Of a DNA stretch of 64,000 nt, positions 36,866-50,888 are shown piece by piece. A program made the translations under genes and the position numbers. The stretch comes from Callorhinchus milii (Eukaryota), in the NCBI RefSeq assembly GCF_018977255.1, contig NW_024704743.1:116128001-116192000 (forward strand). The letters run 5' to 3'. Position 1 is the stretch's first letter, and each line of letters opens with the position of its first letter. The notes beneath the pieces are model-generated. The model saw nothing but the letters and a program-made list of their open reading frames with translations, ran no database searches and was not told the origin of the DNA.

Positions 36866-38834
36866 CATTGTGCTTGTAAACCGCTGAGCTATACCACTTT
36901 GCATTTGCCCCAATTGCATCCAGAAATCACTAATGTTTTAAGGTGGGATTTAAAGACTGAGAGACAGTGCCGAACTGCCAGGGGGAGAGATCAGTTCCAG
37001 CTAAGAAGCCCAAAATCTGGAGCCCCCAAATTCCATGTAGTGTTAGCCTGTAATACCATTTTGTCTTAAAATTTAGAATGGGGCAGAGTTCGGGAAATAG
37101 ACAGTTCTCAAATGTTGGCAAGCCGGTACCTCTTTTAGAGCTTGCAATTGCAAAGGAGTAGAGCAGACACAACCACACAGGCGCAATGTAATGATGATTG
37201 AGTCTAATTTGCTGTAATAATAACCTTTCGGCGGTGTCAGATAAATAATATTCCACAGGATATGCTCTGATCAGCTGCAAAACTGCTCATTGGGTGCTAA
37301 CTCGGATTTAATTATTGAATAATTCTGTGCATTTCACTTTACAAATTTGAGGGGAGTGTAAATTATACGCCATTTGTCTAGTTTTATCCAAAGTTGTGCA
37401 CAGGCAGTAAATTCTGAAAGCAGTTATAAAGAAATATAGTCTAAATAAAACCCTGTTTTATCAGGGAGCCTCAAATTGGATTATTCTGTACATTTCACTG
37501 TACAAATTTGCCGGTTAGTCTCAATTGTGTGCTAATTCATGGCTGTGATGTGGGGCATTGCTGTGCGCAATTTGAATGTCAAGCCTACCTTACGAAATAC
37601 AAAGTCACTACACTTCACAATAAAAATTCTGTGGAGCACATTGACACAACCCCCTGCCACGAAAGGCAGTGTATCAAGTGCGACGATTGTTATATTATTA
37701 TAAGTTAACTTGTTTTGTTCAAAGTTGTTGTAGTTTGCCTACAAATAGAGAGTGACCACACTTTACAATAAATTGTGTGAAATGCTTTGAGTCGTTTGTC
37801 AATGTGATACGGCGTTCTATCACATGCCAGGATTATTGTTATTAATAATAATAATAATATTGTCTAAACATGTAAGATTGTGATGAAATTTGGAAGGCTC
37901 GTCAGTTTAGGATATATAAAATCTTTCTGAGATTGCAGGGCGTGTTAACTTTTAAGACAAAGTGGGTTTCCAGGATGAGATGAAGTAAACTACAATGTTT
38001 CTGAAGCTGCCAGCTGCACAGTGGTGCAATTTTCCTGTGTCTTTAAAGCTGATAAAATGCAAACCATTTACTGAGAGGAGGCTGCCCCTGCAAGACAGAG
38101 TATTTCCATTAGATGTGAAAATGAGTGCCTAGAAAGTCAGTCTGACACGCTTTAGAGATGAAGCCACATAGAAAGAATCTGCAATCAATCTTTTCCTTTC
38201 CGTAGTGAGGTGCAAAGGCGCAAACAGAATTCTGCTCTGTAATAGACTGAAGGTAAAAAAATACACACAAACAACAGTGAATGCTTGTGGTTGCTTTGCT
38301 CAGATTTAAAAGATACTCTGCTGATATGAGCGTCCAGCTCTAACCCTTGTCTTGCTCTCTCTTCTCTTCTCTCTCTCTCTCTTAGTCCCTATAGTCAGTG
38401 TAGGGAAAATCAGCCAAATTTCCTGCTTTCTGAGCCCTATCCGTCATCCAGCTGATGAAATGATCTCTACTGATCATCTTTTTCATCTGCATCCAATGAG
38501 GAGAGAAAAAAAAACACACACATCAGACAATGAGCTTCTAACATTAAACAATGTGTGTCTGACATTAGCCAGTTGGTGTCTGACATTAGAAACTCATATA
38601 ATCGCAAATAAACCACGAATAAAGAAAACCTAACTTTACTGTGGGGTGGGATAGAGAAATGGGAGGCAGGGGCTGAGAAAGACATGAGCACATATTAGTG
38701 GCAGGTCATTCAATCTAATATTCAAACCGGTGTGGCTTGGCTTTGACCTCATCATGGTCTGTGCCGGGTTTGGGATGTACTGGCCCACATTCTATCCTGG
38801 AGCACCATTCCTCCCCTCCTCTTTCCTTGCATCA

Positions 38835-39105
38835 CACACACCCCTGTTTACCTAGCAGTAAGTAGGAACCCGGTTGTTAGGTAATTGTTAGTTCGCTTTC
38901 CAAGGGGCAATAATCACTTCAAATTTTTTTTTAAATTGGTCACTCAATCCACGGCTGTTTGTGGGACATTGCTATGCGCAATTGGCCTCCGTGTTTCGCC
39001 CACAAATATACAGTCAGTTCACTTTACAGTATTCTGTGAAGCGCTTTGAGGTCTCTGAATGGCATGATAAGGCACTATATCAAATGCAAGGATTATTATT
39101 GTTAT
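38835..39105 (+). mobile_element. 5'-truncated long-subfamily SINE abutting an exon acceptor
   Basis: ctgtttacctagcagtaagtaggaacccgg through caaatgcaaggattattatt. Confidence 0.85.
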
Positions 39106-39132
39106 TTTCTCTTTGAACCTTTTCCTGAACAG

Positions 39133-39334
39133 GTCCACTACAAGGGTGTTGGATCCTTTGATCCTAAAATTGACTTGTCCAACCAAAGTGGCCGAGTGTT
39201 CAAGCTAGGAAATGAGACACATCACCTGTTTGTTGGGCTGTACCCGGGTACCACATACTCCTTTACCATCAGGGCCAGCACCGTCAAAGGCTGTGGAGTC
39301 CCCATCATCACACAGTTTACCACCAAGATATCAG
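39133..39334 (+). CDS. PTPRM: PTPRM FN3 exon ([11 protein letters not shown]...FTTKIS)
   Basis: gaacag acceptor, CAG|gtaagg donor, 202 nt, phase 0 to 1; [16 protein letters not shown] motif. Confidence 0.96.
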
Positions 39335-39544
39335 GTAAGGACGAGACAATATAGGAGGTCACTTCACTTCTTAGAATGATTTTGAAATGCTCCTAACTTG
39401 TGTTTGACTCCCGCGCAGTGGTGAGGGAGCACCGCATTATTGGAGGTGTCTTCCTTTAGATGAGACATTAAACCCAAATGCCAGTTCAGGTGGATATTTA
39501 AAGATCTTATGGCACTACTCAAAAAGAGAAGGGACATTGCACAA

Positions 39545-39920
39545 ATCATAGAATCTTACAGCACGGAAGGCAGCCATTCCGTCCATCATGCCTGTGCCAG
39601 CTCTTTGAGCTATCCAACTAGTCCAACTAGTCCCACTTCCCCACTCTTACCCTATAGCCCTGTAAATGTTTCCTTTTTAAGTACCTATCCAATTCCCTTT
39701 TGAAAGCTATTATCTAATCTGCTTCCACCACCCTTTCAGGAAGTGCATTCCAGACTGCAACAACTCTCCAGATTTAAAAAAAGTCTCTTCGTCTCCCCTC
39801 TGGTTCTTTTGCCAATTATCTTAAATCTGTTTCCTCTGGTTACGGAACCACCCGACAACAGTTTCTTCCTATCTACTCTATCGAAACCCATTGAATTTAA
39901 TTTTGAACACCTCTATTAAA
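39545..39920 (-). mobile_element. CR1-clade LINE 3' end inserted in a Deu-type SINE (~39410-40050)
   Basis: atcatagaatc...gccattc...gcttccaccaccctttcagg...gcattccagac; host SINE resumes at aaatggctgccgcg. Confidence 0.8.
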
Positions 39921-40117
39921 AATGGCTGCCGCGTTTCCCCACAAAACACACATTGTACATTATAATGTGTGAAACGCTTTGAGACGTCCTCCTGACACAT
40001 TAGGTGATATACCAAAAGTAAGGATAGTTCATATTAATTATTAATATTATTATTTTGAAGAAAGGAATGGGGGTAATTAATCTCACGATTGTCTGACTTT
40101 CTGTCTCCATTTTGTAG

Positions 40118-40220
40118 CACCGTCCATGCCCGCCTATGATTACGACACGCCTTTGAACCAGACTGACAGCACAGTGACCATCCTGCTGAAGCCTGCTCAG
40201 AGCAGAGGAGCTCCCGTGAG
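40118..40220 (+). CDS. PTPRM: PTPRM exon ([35 protein letters not shown])
   Basis: Translated by hand (not in the ORF track); ttttgtag acceptor, GAG|gtagaa donor, 103 nt, phase 1 to 2. Confidence 0.93.
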
Positions 40221-41915
40221 GTAGAAGCCAACATTCTGAGGTTGGGAGTGGGGTGGGTGGGGAGAGGAGAGGAGGGTCAAAATACGCTATGTGATAATTA
40301 ACATGTTTTGCACAGAACACTGTTATATTGTGACCTTAATCAGCCGTTCCTCCTAACCCACCCCCCAGTTTAGTTGACTCATTAGTTGTGTGAAATTTGA
40401 GACGTTCTCCCAACAGGAAAGGCACTGTGTAAATAATCGTTGGTGCTATGGCTTGTGGTTTGATATCTGAAGAACTCTTCCTTGCTCATCTCTGGGCAAC
40501 ACCCTTTTTACTTTGACAAGGTGTCAGCCTTAGCTAATTGCTCTGGAGCTTGGAGGTGTGTTAACACCTATGTGGGCTCCTTCCGTTGTGAACCCTATAG
40601 TGATCTGTGCTCTTGCTTTAACATTGATAGCTCCTATGTGAGAGGCGATGATCCAGCTGATTATGTGTGGGCGTTGCAATGCAAACCTTTGCTGCCCATT
40701 GGAAACCATCTGATGTGAAGTGCTACGTGTCTGTGAAGCACCAGTCAGCGCCAAAGCTGAAGTGAACCACCCGTGTGTCCACGGTGCACACACGTTAACA
40801 CATGGGATTGGTGGTACAAGCTAGTCAGACGGTATTGTGCTTTGCTCCTAGTTGTTATCTCTGCACCTGTTAAATTATGGAATTGATGAACCATTCAGTC
40901 TCCACGAGTTAGTTTCAGTCAGGAAGCTTGTTTGTCTGGTATTGATCAGTGTATCAGTGTATTTGCTTTTTCTAAAGCCAGTTACTCTTCCCTCACATCT
41001 ACTGATTCTGTACTCTTGGAGGGAGGGAGGGCAAGCAGCTCCTATTGGTTTTCTCCTCCCTCCACATGTGTGGCCATCCTTTAGTCCCATTCTGTGGAGC
41101 CTCAAAATAAGTTGTGATTGCTGACATTTTGTGGATTGGATGCCAGCGTCTCACTACGGAACGTCATGCCGAGTAAAGAGAAGAGAGAAATGGGAAAAAA
41201 AGACACCAGGGATCTCAGGGACAGCACAGAGCAAGTCATGGAACGTCATGCTCCACACAAGGCAGGCAGAAGAAAACAGCTATTAACCTTGTCACTGCAG
41301 AGCCATGCAGGGCTCCCATTATTCAGAATAAGAAAAGAGAGTGTCTCCTGGGGACCCAGCCCAATGCTTTGAGACGTGTTCCCGCTGTGAAAGTCGCAAA
41401 TGTCAAATGCAAGGATGAAGATTATTATTAATATTATTAACGCTGCCCAATTTTAGAAACGCAACAACGCTACCCACCTGAACTGATGACTGTCAAATGA
41501 AGTTAAAGACAGATAAATGCAAGACATTGCACATAGGAAGTATGTAGGAATAGTAACCACATGTACTTCATGGATGAGATGAGACTGGAATAGGAGAACC
41601 TGAAAGACACCTATTGGTAGTTGACTCATTACACACCCTGTCAAAACAATGTCAGGCAACAATAAACAAGGCAGCTGAAGTCATAATGCACACCATTCAG
41701 CTGTGTTTAGATCCCCAGAAGTTATGTTCAAGTGTACAGTGCTCTCTCTGGTAGGCGACATTTGGGGTAGTATTGTGAACAATTCTGCTCAGGACCTAAA
41801 GGCAGAGCAGAGCAACGAGGGTGATCTCTAGGTTAAGAGGGATGAGCTATGAGGAATGATAAGCTAATCTCTTCGGCTTTGAAAAGAGACATTTAGAGAG
41901 AACCTTATAAAGGAT

Positions 41916-42273
41916 ATAATAATAATAATAATCCTTGCATTTGACATAGCGCCTTATCATGTCTTCAAGACGTCTCAAAGCGCTTCACAGAATATACTGT
42001 AAAATAAATTGACTGAATATTTTGTGGGCGAAATGCAGCACCAATTGGACAGTAGTATCCCACAAACTGTCATGGATTGAAGTGACCAATTCATTATTTT
42101 TTTGAAGGAATTATTACCCCTGGAAAAGCGATCCGCCAATCGACTAACAACCGGGTTCATACTTATGCTAGGTAAAGAGAGGCGTGTGGAGTAAGAAAAT
42201 TTGCCCAACATTTGGCCCTGCCGGGAATCTAACCCAGATCTCTTGCTTGTGAGGCGAGTGCTTTAACCACTGA
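41916..42273 (-). mobile_element. tRNA-Ala-headed SINE, long subfamily
   Basis: Reverse-complement match to 47784-48138. Confidence 0.87.
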
Positions 42274-44084
42274 TAACATAGGGAAAAAAATATAAGAAAT
42301 GTCTTGAGTTTTGACCAAAATCTCATTGTATTATTTCAAATATTTAAGCGAACATAAAAGTTCCCTCTGCTACTTACATTTCAAGTAATGCTGGTATCTA
42401 GAAAGTTGAACAACAGCAAGAACTTGCACTTATAGAGGGGCCTCATGCAGGATAGCGTCTCAGAGCACTTAAGCATAAATTGGTGAAATCTGATTCACAT
42501 CTTTTACAGAAATGCCATTTATGGATATCTTTTAAAATCTCCCTTTGCAAAAAAGCAGCTGAATAATTAGAAATTATTAAAACATTTGTAGCAGCTTTAT
42601 ACATACATTTTCTTTAGATTTGAAAATCAAATTTACCAGCGTAATGCAGAATATTATATTACCCCTCAATTTCAACAGCTTTTGGAATGTATAAGTTTCA
42701 TAAAGTTAATGTTATAGAATTATACAGAAGTTTGTAAAAAATTCCATCCTAAAATATGGCTGTGACATGGCTGTGCATCCTAAATAAATTCACACAAGCC
42801 AAAGATTTCAAATTTTTTAGACCATTCAAAGTAAAATCCACAATTAAGCTGCATTTGCGTTTATTATATTTACTGCAAAGATGACCTTACGTAAACTCTA
42901 AATGAAAAGGGGAGCACACTCTGGTTATACTTTAACTCAACTTAGATGTTACTATAGTTTGTCACAAATGCTTTCACAGAGGAAAGACTGCCACAATTGA
43001 AAAGAGTTGCTGTGGTTAAACAGTCCTAAGATCATGCCATTTACTGTGTCCCTAAATAAAGGAGGCACTCCATTAAAAATCTAACAATCCATAATATGAA
43101 TCTTCCACAAGGTAGTCTTATAAACCTGACTGCTCTTTCACTAAATAATGTGAGTTTCCTTACAGTTTTTAAATCAAGTCTAACATGAAGTTTCAGATGA
43201 CTTCCAGAACTTGTGACAAAACCGCAGATATCTCGCATTTCTCGGTCATCAGGGTCAGCAATGGTGAAGCCATTGGAAGCCAATAATGCACAGACAATTA
43301 ATTTAGCTAGAATGTCCATGATATATAGTGAATATTATTGAGAAAACAAAAGTAGAATAATATGTTCCGAAACACTTAGGCAGCAGAACAAGAGGACATA
43401 TGTTCAGAGTTGTGATTTCAGGACAGACACTAGAAAGTATTTCTTTACCTAGAGGATAATTAATGACTGGAACAAGTTATCAGGAAGGGTAGTTGAGCCC
43501 AGGATATTTAAGAAACAGCCCAATGCCATGATGAGAGGACAGGTAGGATGAGTATTTGGGAAGGATAAGGCAAACCTCTCGCATGATCTTGTGATATTTT
43601 GTGCTTGAATCAGTAGTCCCATAAACTGCATTCCATTTCATCGCTCGTTCACTAATTCAATTTGCACTGAAGCCAACCAACCAAAAACAATTGATCTTTA
43701 AAAAAATACATTTTACTACAAATCAATTAAAAGTTCTCATTTGCTCTAACTGATGTCTCTAGCCACCGTTTGGCAATGCATTGACTCTGTCCAGTGAATC
43801 TACCATCCCCAAAAAGAGCTCTAATGAGTGGAGAATGTATTACGTGTGTGGCAGGATTTTATTTCACTACAAAGGAGCCTGGTGACATTCACCAATAAAG
43901 GTCACACATGAATAATGATCACTTGAGCCAGGTAATGATAATTTTTGCATTTGATACAGCTCCTTATCCTGTCTTATCAGGTAGGTATTCTTCAGATGTA
44001 TTGGTGGTATACTGCAACCATTTGCTTGGGTTAGTTATGTTAGTTATGTGCTCATCCATTGTAGGCCTCCAAATAATAATGATG

Positions 44085-44470
44085 ACAGTCATAATCCTTG
44101 CATTTGACATTGCGCGTATAATATGATCAGAATATTTTTGTGACTGTATTTGCAGGCGAACCCCAATTTGTGCACAGCAATGTCCCGCTAACAGCCATGA
44201 AATGAATAACTGATTTTTTTCTGGAGGTTATGGTGTCCGTGTCACTGGGAGAAACACAATGCCGTAATTCCATCCCATAGTGTCTAAAAGGGCTAATATT
44301 ACCTTAGTTGAATGTTACCTCCGAAGGATGGCACCTCCAACAATGCAATGCTCCCCCAGAACCACACTGGAGCGTCAGCCTTAACTGTGAGTTCAATGTC
44401 CTGATGTGGGGCTTGAACCCACAACCTTCTGTTCCAGAGGCGAGAGTGCTACCAACTGAGCTAGGCTGGC
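44085..44470 (-). mobile_element. Older Deu-type SINE
   Basis: gtggggcttgaacccacaaccttctg...accaactgagctaggctg head on the minus strand. Confidence 0.72.
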
Positions 44471-47400
44471 CTCAAAAGTTTGTTAATTTATAATGGTGGG
44501 TAAAAATATGATACCATTAGCAGTGGCATTATCACCATCATAAAATGCAGAGGAGGAGAATGAGGGGAAGAAGGGAGGAATGGCTTCCCTATTATCGATA
44601 TCACAACCCTGCATTTCCTCTCTGCCCACCCTCCCCCCTCCTGCCCCCCACCATACACCCAGGAATTCTAGTCATTGTTTCAGTGTTGAATTACTTAGAG
44701 AAAGCACAAAGCTGTCCTTATACCAACTTCCACATATATAGTGCCCTCCACTTGGGAAAACACCTTAGAGTGCTTTGCAGAGACCGAGTGAGTTTAGTAA
44801 ATTTATCGTGTTTTGCAATTAAGAAATCCCATTAAGAAATATTGCAAAATTGACCCCCTCCAGGCCGTGATCACTCACTCGGATCCATTCTGTTATATAC
44901 AGTAATATGGATTTTTCTATAGATTTGTTGGGTTAAAATATAGCTGTGCTGTAGAGTTTCCCATTGATCAACTGCAGATTATTTATCGATGAATTTGTAG
45001 CTACAAAGTGACCATTCTTAATAATCCAAGATGAATGACGACACATATCAGGGCTTCACATAGCTCTCAATTGATTTCTTCGCCAAATAACTACTTATTT
45101 CCCTCTGTTCTAAAGCCCGCTCACTCTCACCATTATTGCTTTTATTTTCAACACATACATTGGAAATTTTTCGCTGGGTTAAACCTGGTTTATACAAGCT
45201 GACATTGGTTATAATGTCTTTCGATGTAGTACCTGAGCTCTAGTGAAATCCACTGTTTATCCCTCACACACTCATACATACAATATATATATATATACTC
45301 ATTTTCACACATGCTCCCATATGCTTACACACATATAAACACACACTTTAGTATAAACACACTGCTCGATATAAATCTCATTCAGAATTAGACATAACAT
45401 AATTGGAGAAGTCTATAATGGGAGACTATAATGGGAGATCCCATTAAAGCCCAACGAGGCCAAAGCCAATGGACGTAATGCTGAACAGAGTTTTTACCCC
45501 CACATACTCACACTGCTCAGACCCAGAGCACACAATGAATATAACAGGTTAGATTTCTTATTCCATTTTCTTGAAAGCTGGGGAGAGAGGAGACAGGCGG
45601 GTGTGTGGGAAAGTTGAGAGAATTAAGAAGCACTAAAAACCCTGCAAATCCTGACCCTACTCAAACAGAAACACAGCGTAGTGTTCAGCCAGTCCTCAGA
45701 GTGGCATTTGTGTGATATTAGGAAACGGTTCTTTAATTGGGCGACATTGTACCTTTCGCAATCCATTTAAATCTTAAAAATACTGTGAAGGCTGAAGGAA
45801 AGACATTGGGCCAGGCAGCACCCACCTTGCAAGAGCTTTTTAAATTAAGTCAGACAGTGGATGTGAGTGATAGTGGCTGTTGAAGTGGGAATGGGGAGCG
45901 GGAGAGAAATGGAACTTTAACATTCTCTCCAGAGAGTCAATGTTAGTATATTTTAAATGTTTCAATGACTTCTCAACTTATCATTACCAGGTGTTCAATC
46001 CATAACAATAATCCTTGCATTGGACATAAGATCTACAACATTGAAAGAAAGGTTAGACAAAAATTACTGTATTCGTAGGCAGCCAATTTGCACACACCAG
46101 TGTCCCACAAAGAGGCATGAAGTGAACGACCAATTTATCTGGGAATTGTTGGTCAGGACACCGGGAGGAATTCTCTTTTTTGAATAGCGCCACAGGATCT
46201 TTAACATTAATCTGAAGAGGCAGACGTCGTCTCAGTTTAGCATCTCATCCAAAAGGCAGCACCTCTAACAATGCAGCCCTCCTCCAGGATTGCACTGCAT
46301 TGGAGAGTCAGCCTGTGCTGTGAGCTTACAGTCCTGACAGATTGCCTTCATAGCTTGTGGTTACACTTGGGTCAATGTAGAAAAGGCAAAAAAACATAAA
46401 TTTCATGGAGCAAATTGGCTAAATATCATTTGTGTGTGTTGAGGGTGCAGGAGGCGGGGGCAAGAATGAAAATTTGGTTCAGAATTTGACAGGAGCAGCA
46501 GAAATATACAGTTCACTCTCAAAGTACTTAAAGAAGGTGATAAATCTGATCCTAATCTTCTAGGGCTCTTTTATATGTTGAGTCCTTCATAACCTTAAGG
46601 TTTGATCTCTCCCGCCCTCTCTCTCTCTCCCTCTGCCCTTTGTTCACAATATGTGAACACAATTGAGTTAATATATCTATTGCAGCCTTTCAGCTGTAAT
46701 TAATATTTTATTACATCTGATTTTATCACTAAATAGCACACAACGCAGGGCATTGAGCTGAACAGAAAGTGTGATGGTGAGTTATTGATGCTTTCAAAGT
46801 TCCCTGTAATGAGTTATGGTTGATGGAACGCAAAGCACATTTACAATATCTCGCTCATACAACGGTGCAATTGAAAACAGATCTAATCCCAATAATACAA
46901 GAACAATGAGAAATTAAAGCTACCAACACTGAATACTCAATGTGAGATCCCTTTTCTTTTTTTAACAAGTGTCGCAGTTTTATAGATGAGCAAAAGAGCT
47001 ACAAATTGCCGTTGGAAAATCGCTAATAGGCTCATTAAAAGATCATATTTCAAGGATTTAGGTTCTATGGTCCTACCATGTTGTGCTTGGAGCCCATTAG
47101 GACACTTCAAATTGCACCCTTCTGATAATGTTGGTGTACAATCAAGGCCTGTAACCTTTTCTAACTGTTTCTATTGACCTATGGGGAAAGCACAAGACTG
47201 GAAAAACGTCCCTGTAGTTCACTTACTTTCAGGTATGTCATTGCAGCCGCATAAGAGGTCACCAGCTCAGGGCTGTGAAGGGCAAGTTCATGGCAGGCAC
47301 CAGGAAGTATTTCTGTACACAGAGTGTAATTGACAGGATAGGGAAGTAGAGCGACCAGGATACTTGTTTAAGAAACAGACTATGGTGGGCTGGGCTAAAG

Positions 47401-47783
47401 GCTCTTCTTACAGTTGTACGTGTCCCTGTTCCTGGCTCTTTCAACTGTCCAGGATCGGTTAACCTATCACCATCCCACCCATTTGTTTACCTGAATGTTT
47501 CCACACTTTTAGCACTGTTACTGACAACAGTGGTCAGCGGTGAATGTTGAAGTCAATCAAAGTCACATGGAGCCACGTACAGTGATACAGAAACAGGCCA
47601 TCGCCACCAACCAGTTAACACACAAGCCCCAACCCCTCCTATTCCACTCTACCATACCCCCCTATGTCTTTGTCCCTCATGCGTGAATCAGGTTTTCTCT
47701 TAAACACATGCAAAAGTTGCAGCAAGTTGGCATGATTGATTCCTTCAGTCTTCCAATCTACTTAATAATAATCTTTACATTTG

Positions 47784-48138
47784 GTGGAGTCCTGAAGCTC
47801 AGTGGTTAGAGCACTCGCCTCGCAAGCAGAGGGTTCAATTCCTGGCAGGGCGAAATGTTTCCTTAATCCACACACCTCTGTTTACCTAGCAGTAAGTAGG
47901 AACCCGGCTGTTAGTGGATTGCCGGATCGCTTTTCCGGAGGTAATAATTCCTTCAAAAAAAAATAATATTAATTCAATCCACGACTGTTTGTGGGACATG
48001 ACTGTGCGCAATTGGCTGCCGAGTTTCGCTCACAAAATATACAGTCAATTCACTTCACAGTTTATTCTGTGAAGCTCTTTGAGACATCTAGAAGACGTGA
48101 TAAGGCGCTATATCAAATGCAAGGATTATTATTATTAT
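47784..48138 (+). mobile_element. tRNA-Ala-headed SINE, long subfamily
   Basis: Head, central block, (TTA)n tail. Confidence 0.87.
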
Positions 48139-50409
48139 AAAACACATTTCATGTTTGGAAGACCTCTCAAAGAGGATTTCACAGGATATACTGCAAAGTC
48201 CAGTGACTGTATTTTTTGTAGGTGAAACTTAATGACTCCTCCTCTGTTTTTGACTTCATATAATCCTTCTGTGTAAATGAATAGCCTGATGTCAGAGCGT
48301 GTTGAGGTATCCGCGGCAGAGTTATTAACATCTTCTTACGTCAAATGTTTTAATCAAATAGTTTCACTAAAAGCCTTCTTCAGAAATTCATCTGAGTGAA
48401 AATAATTCTTGCATTTAATGTAGCATCTCTAAAGCCGAAACATTTCAAAGCACTTCACAGGAATTGATGTCAAGTGAAGTGACTGTATTTTGATCAAATG
48501 TTGGAAGAGCCATGAAGTGAATGATCAATTTTATCTGGAGGATTTTGGGCTAAATATCAGGAGAAACTTACAATAATAATAATCATAATACTAATAATCT
48601 TTGCATTTTATATAGCGCCTTATCATGTCATTGAGACGTCTCAAAGCATTAGTGCCACAGGATTTTTTAACATCCATCTAAAAAGGTAGACAGGACCTTG
48701 GATTAGCACCTTATCCGAAGGACGGCACCTCTGCCAATGCAGATCTCCCCCAGTACTATATTGGAGAGTAGACTTAGACCTATAGCTCAAATCCCAGCAT
48801 TGAGTTTTAACCCACAAAGTAGAGCTGAGAGCTGAGCCAGGTTGACACTTTCCATTTACTCATTGAGATCCAACCCACTCATGTGTGCAGGGTATAATTG
48901 TTACAGCATTCAGTAATATACAAGTAAAAAGGATAATCTAATATTAATTAGATTGTACCCAGCTCTAAATTAATCAAAGAGGAACTCATCATATCATGGC
49001 AATGTTATTAGAGGCAGTATTTAAGTGTCAACCTGGCTCTGAAAACTCTCATTGCTGAGTCAGAAATTTGTGGGTTCAAGCACCATGTCGGAACTATGAA
49101 TTCACATCAGAATTATGAATTCACATAATCTCAGCTGAAATTCCAGTTCAGTGCTGGAGATGTGCTGCATTGTTGAAGGTGCCATCCTTCAGATAAGAGA
49201 TTAAACTTGAGGTCTCATCTGCATTGTTATTATTGTGCCTTTTCATAAAGTATTGGGGCAAAATTTGTGCTTAGTTCTATGCCTGTCACACTGATTTACA
49301 GGAATGCCATTTCAAAAATGGACTGCCTCACAGTGTGTCATGCTTTGCCTCATAGTGTGTCATGCTTCTCGCTTCTGTACTGATCAATCTGGTTAGAAAT
49401 CACGGCTTTTTTCTCAGTAAACGCAGTATTCTCAGTAACCACAGTATGTGCAGTAAAGTGGCTGGGTGGCAGAGAGCTTAGATTCTATTATTCTGGTCGG
49501 CAGTAGACGGAGAGAATGATAAAGGAAGAGGGAGAGAGGGAGAGAGAGTTTATCCTTTCATTCCGTAATCACAACACGTCCGGTGCCTCAAAATAATGAC
49601 ATTCCCTCAGCTTTCAAACAGTCCGTTCCAGGGAGCTAGACGCTGAATGCAATTCTGATTTCAGTCTACACTTGAAGTACAGAGATAAGAAGCTAAAGCA
49701 CTGGGTGTACTGAAACTTAGGACTTAATAAGCCCTGCCTTGACATTCTCTTCCAAATGACATAACCGTTTTGGCTTTGCTAATCCGTTCGGTGGAGGTTT
49801 CATCAACAGATCGTCTGTGACACATGACTGCTGCTCCTCATTACTTATCACCGCTGCTGACAATGGCACACTGAAGGTGTGCAGACCTTTTCTGAACTGC
49901 CTGAGAAAAGTGCCACGTTCCAATTCTCTGGTGATTTACAGTGGGTTGGGGGGGGAGATGCAATGTCCATCTGTTAAAGCTCATGCAACCATTGTGTGGA
50001 ACAGCACTCATGTACCCTCAGACCTAACGTTGAAACGTCTTGGAGCTGAAACATGTTGTGACTGTTTTATCTGCAGTCAAACGTGGCAGCCCTTTGACAA
50101 ACGGTCACTAATAATAATAATACTTGCATTTGATATAGTGCCTTATTATGTTGTTGAGACATCTGAAAGCCTTCACAGGATATTCTGTCACCAACAACAA
50201 CAACAACAGCAAAATTACATTTATAGAGCAAGTGTATATTTTGTGGAGGAACACTAGGAGCAGGGATTCTTCCCACTCAGCTCCTGTGAACCCTACAAGC
50301 CAAAGCCCTAACTTTTGGGTGGTCCTTGCTGGACAAGCAGCAGGAAACTTGTCAGTGCTTTTATAGCAAACCAAGCAATTGTTTTGTTAAACTTCAGCAG
50401 TTACCCCAA

Positions 50410-50655
50410 TGCACACTCTAGGGTCCTCAAGGCTTGGCTCTTGCCAACCTCCACTTAACTCCATCCCTCCCTCCCTTGCCTCCCTCAAGACCGTCTCAAG
50501 ACCCTCTTCTTCAACTGTGCCTTTAATCACCCCTCTGCCCTCCACCCTCCCCGATCCCGACACCCAGCTTGGATCCGAAACACTGATTGTCCAGTGCATT
50601 GGGACGTCCTCCCAACGTGAAAGGCACTAAACACATATAATTTTGTTGTTGTTGT
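50410..50655 (+). mobile_element. L2 LINE 3' end
   Basis: gggacgtcctcccaacgtgaaaggc...(TTG)n. Confidence 0.78.
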
Positions 50656-50888
50656 TAACACTCTCTGGAATTTAGGTAAGCAAGATGCTTTCCTCCAGGG
50701 ATGGATTGCGCATTTCATTCAAGACCCAGAGAAATTTCCATACAAATTATTCAAGTTTCTTTTTACCTCTTAGTCTGGTAGGTTGGTAGAATCTGTCAAT
50801 TCTAAACAGCTGGCATTCATAATTTTAGGATGTATATTTTTAAAAGTCAGCAGAAATATATTTTCCTTCCTCTTTCCCTCCCTCTCCC

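Noticed and set aside
49325..49368. 22-bp tandem duplication (similar ones near 23440-23478 and 49091-49128)
   Set aside because: Ordinary slippage duplications with no sign of function.
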